Positions 7,678 through 17,645 of a stretch of 64,000 bases of DNA are shown here, one piece after another; position 1 is the first letter of the stretch, and every line of letters begins with the position of its first letter. The notes beneath the pieces were generated by a model. The model was given only the letters and a program-made list of their open reading frames with translations, searched no databases and was not told where the DNA came from. The stretch is from Candidatus Saccharimonadia bacterium (GTDB lineage: Bacteria > Patescibacteriota > Saccharimonadia > Saccharimonadales > Saccharimonadaceae). A program made the translations under genes and the position numbers. The DNA lies in the NCBI GenBank assembly GCA_023257815.1, contig JALRBJ010000002.1, forward strand, positions 18,787 to 82,786. The letters are read 5' to 3'.

Positions 7678-9195
7678 ATGAAAAAAAGTGAGGTGCTAGA
7701 GGCAGCCAAGCCTCACTACAATCCAGAGCAACTTCTTGAGCTCGAACATGCTATTGATATCGCCACGAAAGCTCACCGCGGCCAAAAACGTCACAGCGGT
7801 GAGAGTTACATTATTCACCCATTACACGTTGCGGCTACCTTAATTGAGTGGGAAATGGACATAGACTCCGTGCTCGCGGGGGTGCTACACGACACGGTTG
7901 AAGATACCGATTTAACATTTGAGCAAATCGAATCGTTATTCGGTCACGATGTTGCTTTTTTGGTAGATGGCGTTACTAAAGTTTCTAAGGTACGCAGTGG
8001 AATGCGTGATCTTGAGAGCTACTTACCAGCCACAAAAGATAACTTAACCAAGCTTATGATCGCTGTTGGTCGCGACGTTCGAGTATTAATCATCAAACTA
8101 GCCGATCGCTTACACAACATGCGCACTTTGGAACATATGTCACCTGAAAAACAAAAGAAGATAGCACGCGAAACCATGGAAGTATTTGCGCCACTAGCCG
8201 ACCGACTGAACATGGGACGTACCCGTGTGCAGCTAGAAGAATTGAGCTTTCGTTATATGATGCCCAAAGACTTCAGTCGTACGAAAACACTTATGGATGC
8301 AAGGCTTAAGCGAAGCCAGCGAAAACTTGATAAGGTTCGTAGCGACGTTGCTAATCGCTTGAATGAAGAGAAGATCGAATTCGAAATGGACGGCCGCGTA
8401 AAGAGCGTTTATAGCTTATTCAAAAAGCTTGATCGGGTAGAAGGCGATATTGAACGCGTTCACGACCTTATTGCACTTCGTATTATCGTTGACGACTTGT
8501 CTACCTGTTACCTTGTACTTGGTGTCTTGCACGAACTTTTCACACCTCTTTTCGATCGTATCAAAGACTACGTTGCCAAACCAAAGCTCAACGGATACCA
8601 AAGTCTTCACACTACAGTACAAACAAATGCCGGACAGATTATTGAGTTTCAGGTGCGTACACGCGAAATGCATGAGTATGCCGAACGTGGGCTTGCCGCA
8701 AGCTTCCACTATAACGAAAGCAAGCTTACTGATGCGTATCGCAAGGGATCGTTAGCAGCCTTGCCCGCAAACCTAGCGTGGATTCGAGAATTACAAGATG
8801 CAGCTTCGCAGGCCGGAGCCGGCAAGCAGTTTAACGCTAAAAAATTCCGCATGAACTTGTTTAACGATCGAATTTTCGTATATTCACCAAAGGGCGATAT
8901 TTGGGACCTGCCCAAAGGAGCATACGTGCTAGACTTTGCATATCGTATTCACTCAGACGTGGCAGCCCATGCCAGCGGTTTTAAAGTCAATGCTGTTATG
9001 AAACCATTCAGTTACCAGCTGCAGCATGGCGATACAGTCGAAATTCTTACTAGCAAAACGGCCATTCCTAAGGCTACATGGAAAGAATTCATTATTACCA
9101 ATCATGCCAAAGAGAAGTTACGACTGCAATTGTCGCGTCAGAACCGTAATTTATTTGGTGCTGTGACAGAACGATTCCGAAAAGCCAGAAAATAA
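7678..9195 (+). CDS. rel: Bifunctional (p)ppGpp synthetase/hydrolase (RelA/SpoT homologue)
   Basis: HD hydrolase domain (HPLHVA...HDTVEDT), RelA/SpoT synthetase domain and TGS-like C-terminus (GDTVEILT). Start chosen at MKKSEVLEAAK, because the upstream part of the tracked ORF crosses the GC-rich hairpin region. Confidence 0.9.
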   Translation: MKKSEVLEAAKPHYNPEQLLELEHAIDIATKAHRGQKRHSGESYIIHPLHVAATLIEWEMDIDSVLAGVLHDTVEDTDLTFEQIESLFGHDVAFLVDGVTKVSKVRSGMRDLESYLPATKDNLTKLMIAVGRDVRVLIIKLADRLHNMRTLEHMSPEKQKKIARETMEVFAPLADRLNMGRTRVQLEELSFRYMMPKDFSRTKTLMDARLKRSQRKLDKVRSDVANRLNEEKIEFEMDGRVKSVYSLFKKLDRVEGDIERVHDLIALRIIVDDLSTCYLVLGVLHELFTPLFDRIKDYVAKPKLNGYQSLHTTVQTNAGQIIEFQVRTREMHEYAERGLAASFHYNESKLTDAYRKGSLAALPANLAWIRELQDAASQAGAGKQFNAKKFRMNLFNDRIFVYSPKGDIWDLPKGAYVLDFAYRIHSDVAAHASGFKVNAVMKPFSYQLQHGDTVEILTSKTAIPKATWKEFIITNHAKEKLRLQLSRQNRNLFGAVTERFRKARK

Positions 9196-9197
9196 TC

Positions 9198-9605
9198 CTA
9201 GGTATCTTTGGCGACATACTCTCGCACCTGGTCCTCGAAAAAGCCCACATGCGTTAACTCACGAACAGGAAGCCATTCGAACTTGTCATGTTCAGAATCC
9301 AAAATAACCTTTGGCTGCTCTTGAAATCCGGTAACTTCATAGAAATCTGTCTGGACCCGCTTGCCGTACGCTTCTACTACTCTGCTATCAATAAGCACTA
9401 CCTTCATACTGCCAACATCAAGTCCAATTTCTTCTCTAACTTCTCTGATTAAAGCATCGATTGATTGCTCATCGGCTTCAAATGTACCTCCTGGTAAATC
9501 TGACGTAAATGGCACGTGAGGATGCGAGGCGCTCCTCCGCAGAACAAGCACATTACCCTGGGGGTCGCGCAGTATCGCCTTAGCCGCAGATTTATCAACA
9601 GTCAC
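9198..9605 (-). CDS. NUDIX hydrolase
   Basis: 135-aa ORF with Nudix box GGTFEADEQSIDALIREVREEIGL. Confidence 0.8.
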   Translation of the reverse strand: MTVDKSAAKAILRDPQGNVLVLRRSASHPHVPFTSDLPGGTFEADEQSIDALIREVREEIGLDVGSMKVVLIDSRVVEAYGKRVQTDFYEVTGFQEQPKVILDSEHDKFEWLPVRELTHVGFFEDQVREYVAKDT

Positions 9606-9614
9606 AGAAGAATC

Positions 9615-10145
9615 TTACTTGTTATTCCAACGCTCAATACATTCTTTAATGATCGTCTTTGCTTCTTCAATGTCACCCCAACCTTTAACGATTGTCTTGC
9701 CAGGTTTTTTAAGGTCTTTGTAGTGAGTAAAGTGATGCTCTACTTTGGCTTTCCAGGTTTCGCCTAGGTCATCAAGTGAGTTGCACCAGTCACCAATATT
9801 ACGATCGTCAGCAGCACGCACAACTATCTTATCGTCAACTTCACCATCATCTTCAAACTTCATCACACCAAGAATCTTAGCTTCTAGCCACACACCCGTT
9901 GGTAATGGCTCATCACACACAACCAATGTGTCGAGTTCATCACCGTCCTCATCAAGCGTCTGGGGAATAAACCCGTAGCTTACTGGTTTTGCAAAAATCG
10001 CCGGCTCCACACGATCCAACATAAACGCTGCACGCTCCCGATCCCATTCAACTTTGAGCATTGAACCTTGCGGAATCTCAACAACCGTATTTACAAATCC
10101 ATCATCAACTGAGCCTGGTGTTAATACTTGATTAAAATCAGCCAT
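9615..10145 (-). CDS. ppa: Inorganic pyrophosphatase (family I)
   Basis: 176-aa ORF with DGDELDTLV and DDKIV acidic motifs typical of soluble PPase. Confidence 0.9.
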   Translation of the reverse strand: MADFNQVLTPGSVDDGFVNTVVEIPQGSMLKVEWDRERAAFMLDRVEPAIFAKPVSYGFIPQTLDEDGDELDTLVVCDEPLPTGVWLEAKILGVMKFEDDGEVDDKIVVRAADDRNIGDWCNSLDDLGETWKAKVEHHFTHYKDLKKPGKTIVKGWGDIEEAKTIIKECIERWNNK

Positions 10146-10221
10146 TTATTTCTCCTTGTTTAGCAAGCTAATTGTCTTTATTAAAGTATAACGGATTATC
10201 ACATTGATATATACTAAATTC

Positions 10222-11208
10222 ATGTCTTCTCCCAAACTACTGGCCACCCCTGACTATATCCAGGAGGCAATCGAAGCGATTACAAATGCAAAGCATCGCG
10301 TGATGTTTATGTCGCTTATGTTCACCGATGATGATGTGACTGATGATTTTGTAGATGCACTTGAGGCAGCCGCCCTGCGTGGTGTTAGTGTTAAAATTGC
10401 AGCCGACGTGTTTACCTATGGTGAACTTGGAGGTCACTTCTTACCATTTAAATTCTTTACTAAAAAGTCACGCGAAACCACATCATCTGTTCGCGAGCTT
10501 ACTCAAAAGGGCGTTGTATTCAATTGGCTTGGTCGATTCAGTGCAACACCCGTGAACGGTCGCACCCATATTAAATGTCTTATCGTCGATGATATTGTGT
10601 TTTCTTTTGGTGGTGTAAATCTATACGGCAAAGATATTCTTGGTAATAACGACTACATGTTCCTATGCAAGGATGCTCGCCTCGCAGACGACCTAACTCA
10701 CGAATTCAATCAAATTACTAAAGCCGATACTAATCATCACGCCTACCGTAGTCATAAGTTTTCATATGATGACAATCTAGTTCTTACCGATGGCGGATTC
10801 CAAGGAGATTCAATCATATACCGTAGGGCATGCGAACTTGCGAAGCAGGCCGATGAAATTCTGCTGGTTTCACAGTATTGCCCAACTGGTAAACTTAGTC
10901 GAATTATTAAACAGAAAAAATCTCGCTTGTACTTTAATCCACCACAACTTGCGGGTGCACTTAATAAACTAGTCATAAAAGTTGGTATCTTTTTTTCGGG
11001 ACATACTACACTCTATTCGCGTAATCGTTATTTACATGCCAAATTTATAATCTTCACAATGCCAGATGGTAGCAAAACCGCTCTTACAGGCTCACACAAC
11101 TTTGTGTATGGTGGTGTTTTACTTGGAACACGCGAAATTGCACTCGAGACCAAAGACCCAAAGATTATTAGCCAACTAGAGAAGTTCTTTAGGCAGAATG
11201 TCGCGTAA
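10222..11208 (+). CDS. Phospholipase D-like domain protein (two HKD motifs)
   Basis: HIKCLIVDD and HAKFIIF HxK motifs. ATG at 10222 chosen over the upstream TTG at 10204. Confidence 0.7.
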   Translation: MSSPKLLATPDYIQEAIEAITNAKHRVMFMSLMFTDDDVTDDFVDALEAAALRGVSVKIAADVFTYGELGGHFLPFKFFTKKSRETTSSVRELTQKGVVFNWLGRFSATPVNGRTHIKCLIVDDIVFSFGGVNLYGKDILGNNDYMFLCKDARLADDLTHEFNQITKADTNHHAYRSHKFSYDDNLVLTDGGFQGDSIIYRRACELAKQADEILLVSQYCPTGKLSRIIKQKKSRLYFNPPQLAGALNKLVIKVGIFFSGHTTLYSRNRYLHAKFIIFTMPDGSKTALTGSHNFVYGGVLLGTREIALETKDPKIISQLEKFFRQNVA

Positions 11209-12133
11209 GCTCATCTAGATATTCACGAATTGCTAGCGCAGCACTTGCACCTTCACCAACAGCACTCGCAATTTGCATAGTAGCACCACTTCGTACGTCA
11301 CCACTAGCAAATACACCCTTCATCGAAGTTTCAAGATGTCGATTTGTTTTAATTAATTTTTGCTCATCCAGTTCGATATCACTTGATTGCAAAAATCCAG
11401 TATTTGGGTTTAGTCCCACGAACACAAACACCCCATCAGTCTCGAATTCAACTGCTTGACCATCCTTATGAGCTTTAACGCTCGTAATCTTGTTATCAGT
11501 TGCAACAATTTCATCAGTTGTGGTGTTCAAATGCACGGTGATCTGTCCTGCATCAACATATTTTTGCAGTTCTTCTTGCAGAACCTCGCTAGCTTTTGGA
11601 GTACTGCGTACAAGCAAGTCTATATGTGAACTAAATCGTGTTAAGAAAATAGCTTCCTGAAATGCTGAGTTCCCACCACCGATTACCACCAAGCGTTTAT
11701 CTTTATAAAATGCACCGTCGCAGGTTGCACAGTAGTGAACGCCGCGTGCGTAATACTCAGCTTCACCAGGCACACCAATCTTGTTATAGTCGCTACCGGT
11801 TGCAATGAGTACCACACGTGCCTCAACTGGTTGGCCGTCTACAATTACTGTCTTTGTCGCACCATTATCTTTAATTTCAGACACTTCACCTAGTTCAATT
11901 TCAGCACCAAATCGCTCAGCTTGAGCTTGTAGTTGCGATGCCAAACGCATACCTTCAATACCATCTGGAAACCCAGGATAATTATCTACTTTGTCTGTAA
12001 TAGCGGCCATGCCACCAACCACAGCTTTTTCGTAAAGTACGGTATCAATATTTTCTCTCGTCGTATACACTGCAGCGGCTAGGGCACTTGGACCAGCGCC
12101 AACCATCACAACATCACGTATATTATCCGCCAT
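11189..12133 (-). CDS. trxB: Thioredoxin-disulfide reductase
   Basis: 314-aa ORF with GAGPSAL FAD motif, CATCDG redox centre and GGGNSA NADPH motif. Confidence 0.9.
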   Translation of the reverse strand: MADNIRDVVMVGAGPSALAAAVYTTRENIDTVLYEKAVVGGMAAITDKVDNYPGFPDGIEGMRLASQLQAQAERFGAEIELGEVSEIKDNGATKTVIVDGQPVEARVVLIATGSDYNKIGVPGEAEYYARGVHYCATCDGAFYKDKRLVVIGGGNSAFQEAIFLTRFSSHIDLLVRSTPKASEVLQEELQKYVDAGQITVHLNTTTDEIVATDNKITSVKAHKDGQAVEFETDGVFVFVGLNPNTGFLQSSDIELDEQKLIKTNRHLETSMKGVFASGDVRSGATMQIASAVGEGASAALAIREYLDELTRHSA

Positions 12134-12740
12134 AGCTTTGCATTAACTCCTTTGGTACTTCTACTTCCTTAGGCGTTGGAATAACCATAAGAATGAACTT
12201 TAAAGGGGTATTAGGTGGAATGTCTGCACCCTTATCTTGATCTTTATATGCCTTTGCAGATGGGATCGTTAGTTCGCGAATACCACCAATTTTCATTCCA
12301 ATCACGCCTTCATTCCAGCCTTCAATCAGGTTGCCGCCAGCAATTGGAGCCTTTAGCTTGTCGCCATCAATTGATTGATCGAATACTTTACCCTTCGGAT
12401 TCCAACCAATGTAATACGCGCTATATTGGGTATCTTTTTTTATCTCCTCACCATCACCAACAACTAAGTCTTTTGTAGTAAGTTCCGTAACACTAGTGCT
12501 ATCGAATGATGCCGGCATAGCCTTATACTCTGCAATTTTAGCGTAGTACTTTTTTGATAATTCATCATTTTGAGCTTGAACTTTTTGCTGATATTCAGCA
12601 TACAGCTTTTGCAAACGGCTAGAATCAGCCTTTTCATTTTCTGGTGCTAGAATCATTGCGATAAATCCAGCAAGTGTGCCAATAGTCATAACGATCGCAA
12701 TGATCCAGATGCCCGTTCGTTGAGCAGTCGATGTAGCCAT
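12123..12740 (-). CDS. FKBP-type peptidyl-prolyl cis-trans isomerase, membrane-anchored
   Basis: The C-terminal FKBP domain reads FDQS...GNLIEGWNEGVIGMKIGGIRELTIPSAKAY. There is an N-terminal TM helix. Start taken at MATSTAQ (12740), preceded by AAGGGGAG; the tracked ORF extends to 12809. Confidence 0.8.
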   Translation of the reverse strand: MATSTAQRTGIWIIAIVMTIGTLAGFIAMILAPENEKADSSRLQKLYAEYQQKVQAQNDELSKKYYAKIAEYKAMPASFDSTSVTELTTKDLVVGDGEEIKKDTQYSAYYIGWNPKGKVFDQSIDGDKLKAPIAGGNLIEGWNEGVIGMKIGGIRELTIPSAKAYKDQDKGADIPPNTPLKFILMVIPTPKEVEVPKELMQSYGG

Positions 12741-12792
12741 ATCTCCCCTTGATTTTTTACTTTTAAAGTAATTTGTTACTTGTATTAGTATA

Positions 12793-15348
12793 TCAAATAA
12801 CTTCGGCATTAAGCGTAGTTTTTGCGTTCTTCACTGCCCAATCTATAATCGGGCGAACTTGACTGTCACTCAACGTCTGTTCGTAACTAGTAATCCGGAG
12901 TCGTAACGTAATGGTTTTAAATGCTCGGTCGTTTTCTGACTGATAAATACCTATGGGCGAAATTTTAACGTCGACATCTTTGCTTTTAGCAAGCGCACTC
13001 TCTACAACATTAACCAACGCTTCATACGCCACATCAGATTTCACCTTAAACGATACATCTTGCATAACACTTGGATAACGGCTAAGTGGCTGGTAATCAG
13101 CATTCGTCATTGTAAAACTATCAAGACGCACTTCAAAACCTGATGAGAATACAGGCAATTTAAAGGAACGCTTTGTGGCTTGATTAAACTCACCTACAAC
13201 ACCCCAAACTTGATCATCTTTTACGACTACTGCTGAGCGCTTAGGATCATACGGAGCCGTCAATTGCGCTCCCCGCACATCACTATCTATAGCAAAATTC
13301 GTAAGTGGTACAAAGTTGACTGCGTCTAAATGAAGAACCTGTTCTAGATAGTTACGGGCGTAGTAAAAAGGTGCTCCAATGGGTGCTTGCTTATCATTGT
13401 ACGCAAGCACAAGACTCACATGATCATCCTCGTTCGGTACGTCAGGCTCATCCTGATCCATTTCGCCCTTAAAATGCACTTTGTTCAGCTCAAATAAAGC
13501 AAACTTATCGTAGCCAGCCTTGCTGTTCATATGAATCTTGTCTAACAAACTTGGCGTTAGTCCGATTCGGTAGTACTGCAGTTCAGGGCTGAGAGCATTT
13601 GATAATTGGTACGCATGGACTGGATCTTGCCCAGCTCGGGTCAGCGTCTTTTCGTGCACAAAGCTATATGTCAAAACTTCATTTGCACCAGCTTTTGAAA
13701 GAGCCTCACGAATACTTTGTTTAAGCTCACGTTTTGTATTTTTTGGCGTTGGGATCATACTGCGTTGCGGTAATTCCCGCGGTAACTTATCAAAGCCATA
13801 GAGCCGCCCAACTTCTTCTACAATATCTTCAGCTTGTTGAATGTCGGTTCGCCAAAACGGCGGCTTAATTGTCATATTCGCACCGTATACAGCATTCCTG
13901 TTGTCTCTAACGGTAATAGATCCATCGTCATTGAACCTTGTACCTTCGTATTCAACAGCCCCTCCACCTGCATCAATTACTTGGAACTCTACGTTTTTAA
14001 GCAACTCAGCAATCTTTGAATCGTTCGGTATACCGCCAAGCCGATCTTGGATAAATCGTCGAGACACACTAACCGTCGATGTGTCCCAAAGCATGTTTAT
14101 TTTTTCATCAAATACTCTGCCGAGCTCTGCGTTAGTAGTATCAATAATAGATTTAATAAGCAGGTTCATAATGTGATCGTTCTGAAGGGGTGACTGACCT
14201 TTATTAAACCTTGTTAATGCGTCAGTAAATACGCCATGTCGCATAGCCGATTTTCGTACAGCATACATATCAAAAGTTGCGACTTCAAGCACGGTACTCT
14301 TCGTATTCTCATCAACTTCACTGTCACCACCGCCCATGATTCCACCCAGGCCAATAGCGCCTTCGCCATCAGCGATTACAATATCGTCTTTGGTAAGTTC
14401 GTATGTCTTATCATTAAGTAGCTTGATACTCTCGCCTTTTCTGGCCATTCGCGCACCGATTTTTTTACCACGAATTTTATCGTAGTCGTACGCGTGGGTT
14501 GGCTGAGCAGTAAGCAACATTACGTAATTTGTCACGTCAACAATATTATTAATTGGCTTGCCACCCATTGCCACAAGTGCGCACTGCAGCCACAGTGGGC
14601 TTGGTTTTATTTCAATATTTTTCAAACTAGCAAACATAATGCGTGGTACTTTTTCGTGAGCATCATTAAACACTTCAAGCTCTAAGCCATCACCGCCCTC
14701 AAATTTCACTTCATTCGTATACCAGTCAGGACTTATAAATTTCTGATTATGGATACCGGCAATTTCACGTGCCACACCGAGCTGACCAAATAGATCAGGC
14801 CTGTGTGTAAACATCTTATTCTCAATATCAATAATTGTGTCATCCAAACCAAATGCTTTAGCAAAACTTTCACCAGGTTTTATTGCAACATCATTCGGCT
14901 TCCATTCACTTGGATCAATTTCTAGAATCCCTTCGTGACTATCACCAATACCAAGTTCTTTCGCACTCGCCAGCATGCCATTGCTCATTACTCCGCGCAG
15001 TTCACGCGCATCAAGTACAAATGGTTCTTTATCCTCATATGTTGATGGTACCGTGCTGCCAGGTTTTAGCCACACTACAAAGATCCCTTCGCGTACGTTC
15101 GGCGCACCACACACAACTTGCACATTTTCGCCTGTTCCGGCATCGATCTCGCAAACAGAAAGCTTATCAGCATTCGGGTGCTTTTCGCACTTTACTACTT
15201 TCGCGATCGTTGCATCCTCGTAGCGCTTTCCAAGATCAATTACTTCTTCAACTCCACCAAGTTGTGCATTAATCTTCGCTACAAGCTCATCTACTGATGG
15301 CAAATCAAAATCTATGTATTGCTTAACGGTATTTAAACTAACTTTCAT
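12793..15348 (-). CDS. pheT: Phenylalanine--tRNA ligase beta subunit
   Basis: 851-aa ORF with an N-terminal tRNA-binding domain plus B3/4, B5 and FDX-ACB-like regions typical of PheT. Confidence 0.9.
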   Translation of the reverse strand: MKVSLNTVKQYIDFDLPSVDELVAKINAQLGGVEEVIDLGKRYEDATIAKVVKCEKHPNADKLSVCEIDAGTGENVQVVCGAPNVREGIFVVWLKPGSTVPSTYEDKEPFVLDARELRGVMSNGMLASAKELGIGDSHEGILEIDPSEWKPNDVAIKPGESFAKAFGLDDTIIDIENKMFTHRPDLFGQLGVAREIAGIHNQKFISPDWYTNEVKFEGGDGLELEVFNDAHEKVPRIMFASLKNIEIKPSPLWLQCALVAMGGKPINNIVDVTNYVMLLTAQPTHAYDYDKIRGKKIGARMARKGESIKLLNDKTYELTKDDIVIADGEGAIGLGGIMGGGDSEVDENTKSTVLEVATFDMYAVRKSAMRHGVFTDALTRFNKGQSPLQNDHIMNLLIKSIIDTTNAELGRVFDEKINMLWDTSTVSVSRRFIQDRLGGIPNDSKIAELLKNVEFQVIDAGGGAVEYEGTRFNDDGSITVRDNRNAVYGANMTIKPPFWRTDIQQAEDIVEEVGRLYGFDKLPRELPQRSMIPTPKNTKRELKQSIREALSKAGANEVLTYSFVHEKTLTRAGQDPVHAYQLSNALSPELQYYRIGLTPSLLDKIHMNSKAGYDKFALFELNKVHFKGEMDQDEPDVPNEDDHVSLVLAYNDKQAPIGAPFYYARNYLEQVLHLDAVNFVPLTNFAIDSDVRGAQLTAPYDPKRSAVVVKDDQVWGVVGEFNQATKRSFKLPVFSSGFEVRLDSFTMTNADYQPLSRYPSVMQDVSFKVKSDVAYEALVNVVESALAKSKDVDVKISPIGIYQSENDRAFKTITLRLRITSYEQTLSDSQVRPIIDWAVKNAKTTLNAEVI

Positions 15349-16048
15349 TGTTTATCCAATCTGCAAGCTTTTTATAATAATCCTGTAATTGCTGCTCACT
15401 GACGTTACTCTTCCCAAATCCATGCTGAAAGCCAAGAGCCTCCCATGTATCTGCATTAAAGGCCTTCGCAAACGGTGTTGTTGCAACAGGTGGACAGACG
15501 TTGTCAAACTCATGAGTCACCAGTAAGGTACGACCCTTGACAGAGCCAGTGTGAGTAAAAAGCCAGTGGTCTATATAATTATCAGGGTTTCTACGATAAT
15601 CATCTGAGTGAGCATCTTTCATGTCACCAATTTTTGTATATAAAGTTTCTTCCGGATAGCTTGCTGGCACACGAAGAATAAGATTCTGGAACGTACGAAA
15701 TTTCGTAAGATACGTAGCGTGAAATCCGCCATAACTAGTCCCTAGTACTGTAATTTTCTTTTGACTATAGTGCTCAGCAAGCCAATCGAAAGCAGCCACT
15801 ACATCTGAAAAATTATCAGCCCTTGATAGATCATCAAGATTAAACGGGCTCTTGCCATGACCAACATAATCAAGTACCAGTGCCGAGTATCCAGTATTCT
15901 CAACCAATGATGCCACTAACTCTTCATATTTTTTCTTAGTAGATGTAAAGCCAGGAAGCACAAGCAATACTTGGTCTTTGGGCGTCTCATACCAATCAGC
16001 AAAAAGTATATAACCAGTGTTCTGAATCTTTACTTCTTCGTATTTCAT
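15338..16048 (-). CDS. Alpha/beta hydrolase
   Basis: 236-aa ORF with nucleophile elbow GTSYGG. Overlaps the pheT start by 11 nt. Confidence 0.6.
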   Translation of the reverse strand: MKYEEVKIQNTGYILFADWYETPKDQVLLVLPGFTSTKKKYEELVASLVENTGYSALVLDYVGHGKSPFNLDDLSRADNFSDVVAAFDWLAEHYSQKKITVLGTSYGGFHATYLTKFRTFQNLILRVPASYPEETLYTKIGDMKDAHSDDYRRNPDNYIDHWLFTHTGSVKGRTLLVTHEFDNVCPPVATTPFAKAFNADTWEALGFQHGFGKSNVSEQQLQDYYKKLADWINNES

Positions 16049-16119
16049 CTAAAATAACTCCACAAAAACTAAGTTACACCCTATAATTTCCTCTTCATTG
16101 ACTTTTTCTCGACTAGCTT

Positions 16120-16464
16120 TCATACCTTAACCCTCAAAAAAATCATTTCATGTTCATCGTCTGTTGGGTTATGAATCTTATGCTCAATATTTGCAGGAAA
16201 AACGAACACATCACCTGCGGCGTAGCCATATTCACCGTCCCTATCATTTACAATCCCATCACCTTTAACTACAACCATCACTTCATCAATAGAATCATGG
16301 GTGTGCCAATCAAAAGTTGCCTTTGCAGGAAGATATCCGTGCGTGAGAGCTTCTAGATTATTACCAACCGTATAGCTAGGATCGGCATATACTTTTCTGG
16401 ATCCGCTGCCTCCGTGTGCATCCTCTTTTGGTATATCATTTGCTTTGCGCTTTATAATTTTCAT
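16120..16464 (-). CDS. Cupin domain protein
   Basis: 114-aa ORF with cupin motif 1 (WHTHDSIDEVMVVVKG) and motif 2 (GDVFVFPANIEHKIHN). Confidence 0.6.
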   Translation of the reverse strand: MKIIKRKANDIPKEDAHGGSGSRKVYADPSYTVGNNLEALTHGYLPAKATFDWHTHDSIDEVMVVVKGDGIVNDRDGEYGYAAGDVFVFPANIEHKIHNPTDDEHEMIFLRVKV

Positions 16465-17645
16465 ACGATCCCTGCCAAAGCTTCTTTAACCGCGGTATAA
16501 ATAACTTCATGCCCTTCAGCGTTCGGATGAAGTCCGTCCGGTAAAATTTCACGTTCACCCTGCACATTATTTATTAGCTGCCAAAGCGGAACAAATGTAG
16601 CACTAGCTTGAGCCGCACATTCTTTAAGAATGTCTTCGTATTCTTTTAGGCGTTGATTATCGTAATGTAAAGTCGCATCCCAAGCGGCAGGCTTTAACCT
16701 CTCGTCAACACATGCCGTGCATCCAAGTACAACTACACCACCAAATGATTTTGCAATATTGATAATCTTACTTACATTATCAGCAAAATCAACTTCATTT
16801 ACACGACGGACTCCAACTTTCTCGTAGCTATCGTTTACACCTATCGCAAGAATCGTGAATAAATCTGTATCGTCTTTAGAACGTGCTTTGGTTTCAAATT
16901 CTATGCGACTCAGAACTTCCTCGCTCGTATGGCCACTAACGCTGAGATTGATAACATTAACCCCGTTTTTCCCCGCAAGTTCTTCTGTAAAATAGTGGCG
17001 CTGAAGCCGTTGCACCCATCCGCCATTAAGTTCATCATAAAAGCCTTGTCCGATACTATCGCCGAATATTAAGATTCTTAGACTTTTCATTTTACCTCCA
17101 GGATAATATCTCTGAGGAGTGGAAATTCTGTATAATGGTAGATTCTGGCTTCTTGATCCAAAATGACCCTCATTTTTCACTATCTGTATGCCGCCGAGTT
17201 TATCGAACATGATACGCCCCTGTTTATCATCACACCCCCATGGATCATCAACAGAGTTGATAAACACAAAGTCTTTTGAGCTCTCTTTGATCTTGAGCCA
17301 GTCGTAAGAAGATTGAAGTACTGGATCATTAGTCTCACCCTCAAGTCGCATTGAATATCCCGCAACAAGTAGACTTAGCTTTACTCTCGTATTTAAACGT
17401 TCAAGAATACTCAATATAAGTGGAGCTCCGGCCGAATGGCCAACAAGGATAGTCTCTTTGTTAAATTCATGGTGCTCAAGGACTTTCGGTAAGAACGTTG
17501 CTATATCCTCATGATTAATCTCCGGATAATGAGGCACATCTACGTCGTAGCCATTTTTCTTAAGCTCATCTTCAAGCCAAGTGTACCAATAATACTCATC
17601 ATTCGGTGAACAATCAGTGCCATGGAATATAATTACGTTTTTCAT
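16461..17645 (-). CDS. Fusion protein: serine hydrolase (YdeN/RBBP9-like) plus SGNH/GDSL hydrolase
   Basis: 394-aa ORF. The N-terminal half carries GHSAG. The C-terminal half starts with the block I motif IFGDSIGQGF and ends with DGLHPN. Confidence 0.6.
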   Translation of the reverse strand: MKNVIIFHGTDCSPNDEYYWYTWLEDELKKNGYDVDVPHYPEINHEDIATFLPKVLEHHEFNKETILVGHSAGAPLILSILERLNTRVKLSLLVAGYSMRLEGETNDPVLQSSYDWLKIKESSKDFVFINSVDDPWGCDDKQGRIMFDKLGGIQIVKNEGHFGSRSQNLPLYRISTPQRYYPGGKMKSLRILIFGDSIGQGFYDELNGGWVQRLQRHYFTEELAGKNGVNVINLSVSGHTSEEVLSRIEFETKARSKDDTDLFTILAIGVNDSYEKVGVRRVNEVDFADNVSKIINIAKSFGGVVVLGCTACVDERLKPAAWDATLHYDNQRLKEYEDILKECAAQASATFVPLWQLINNVQGEREILPDGLHPNAEGHEVIYTAVKEALAGIV

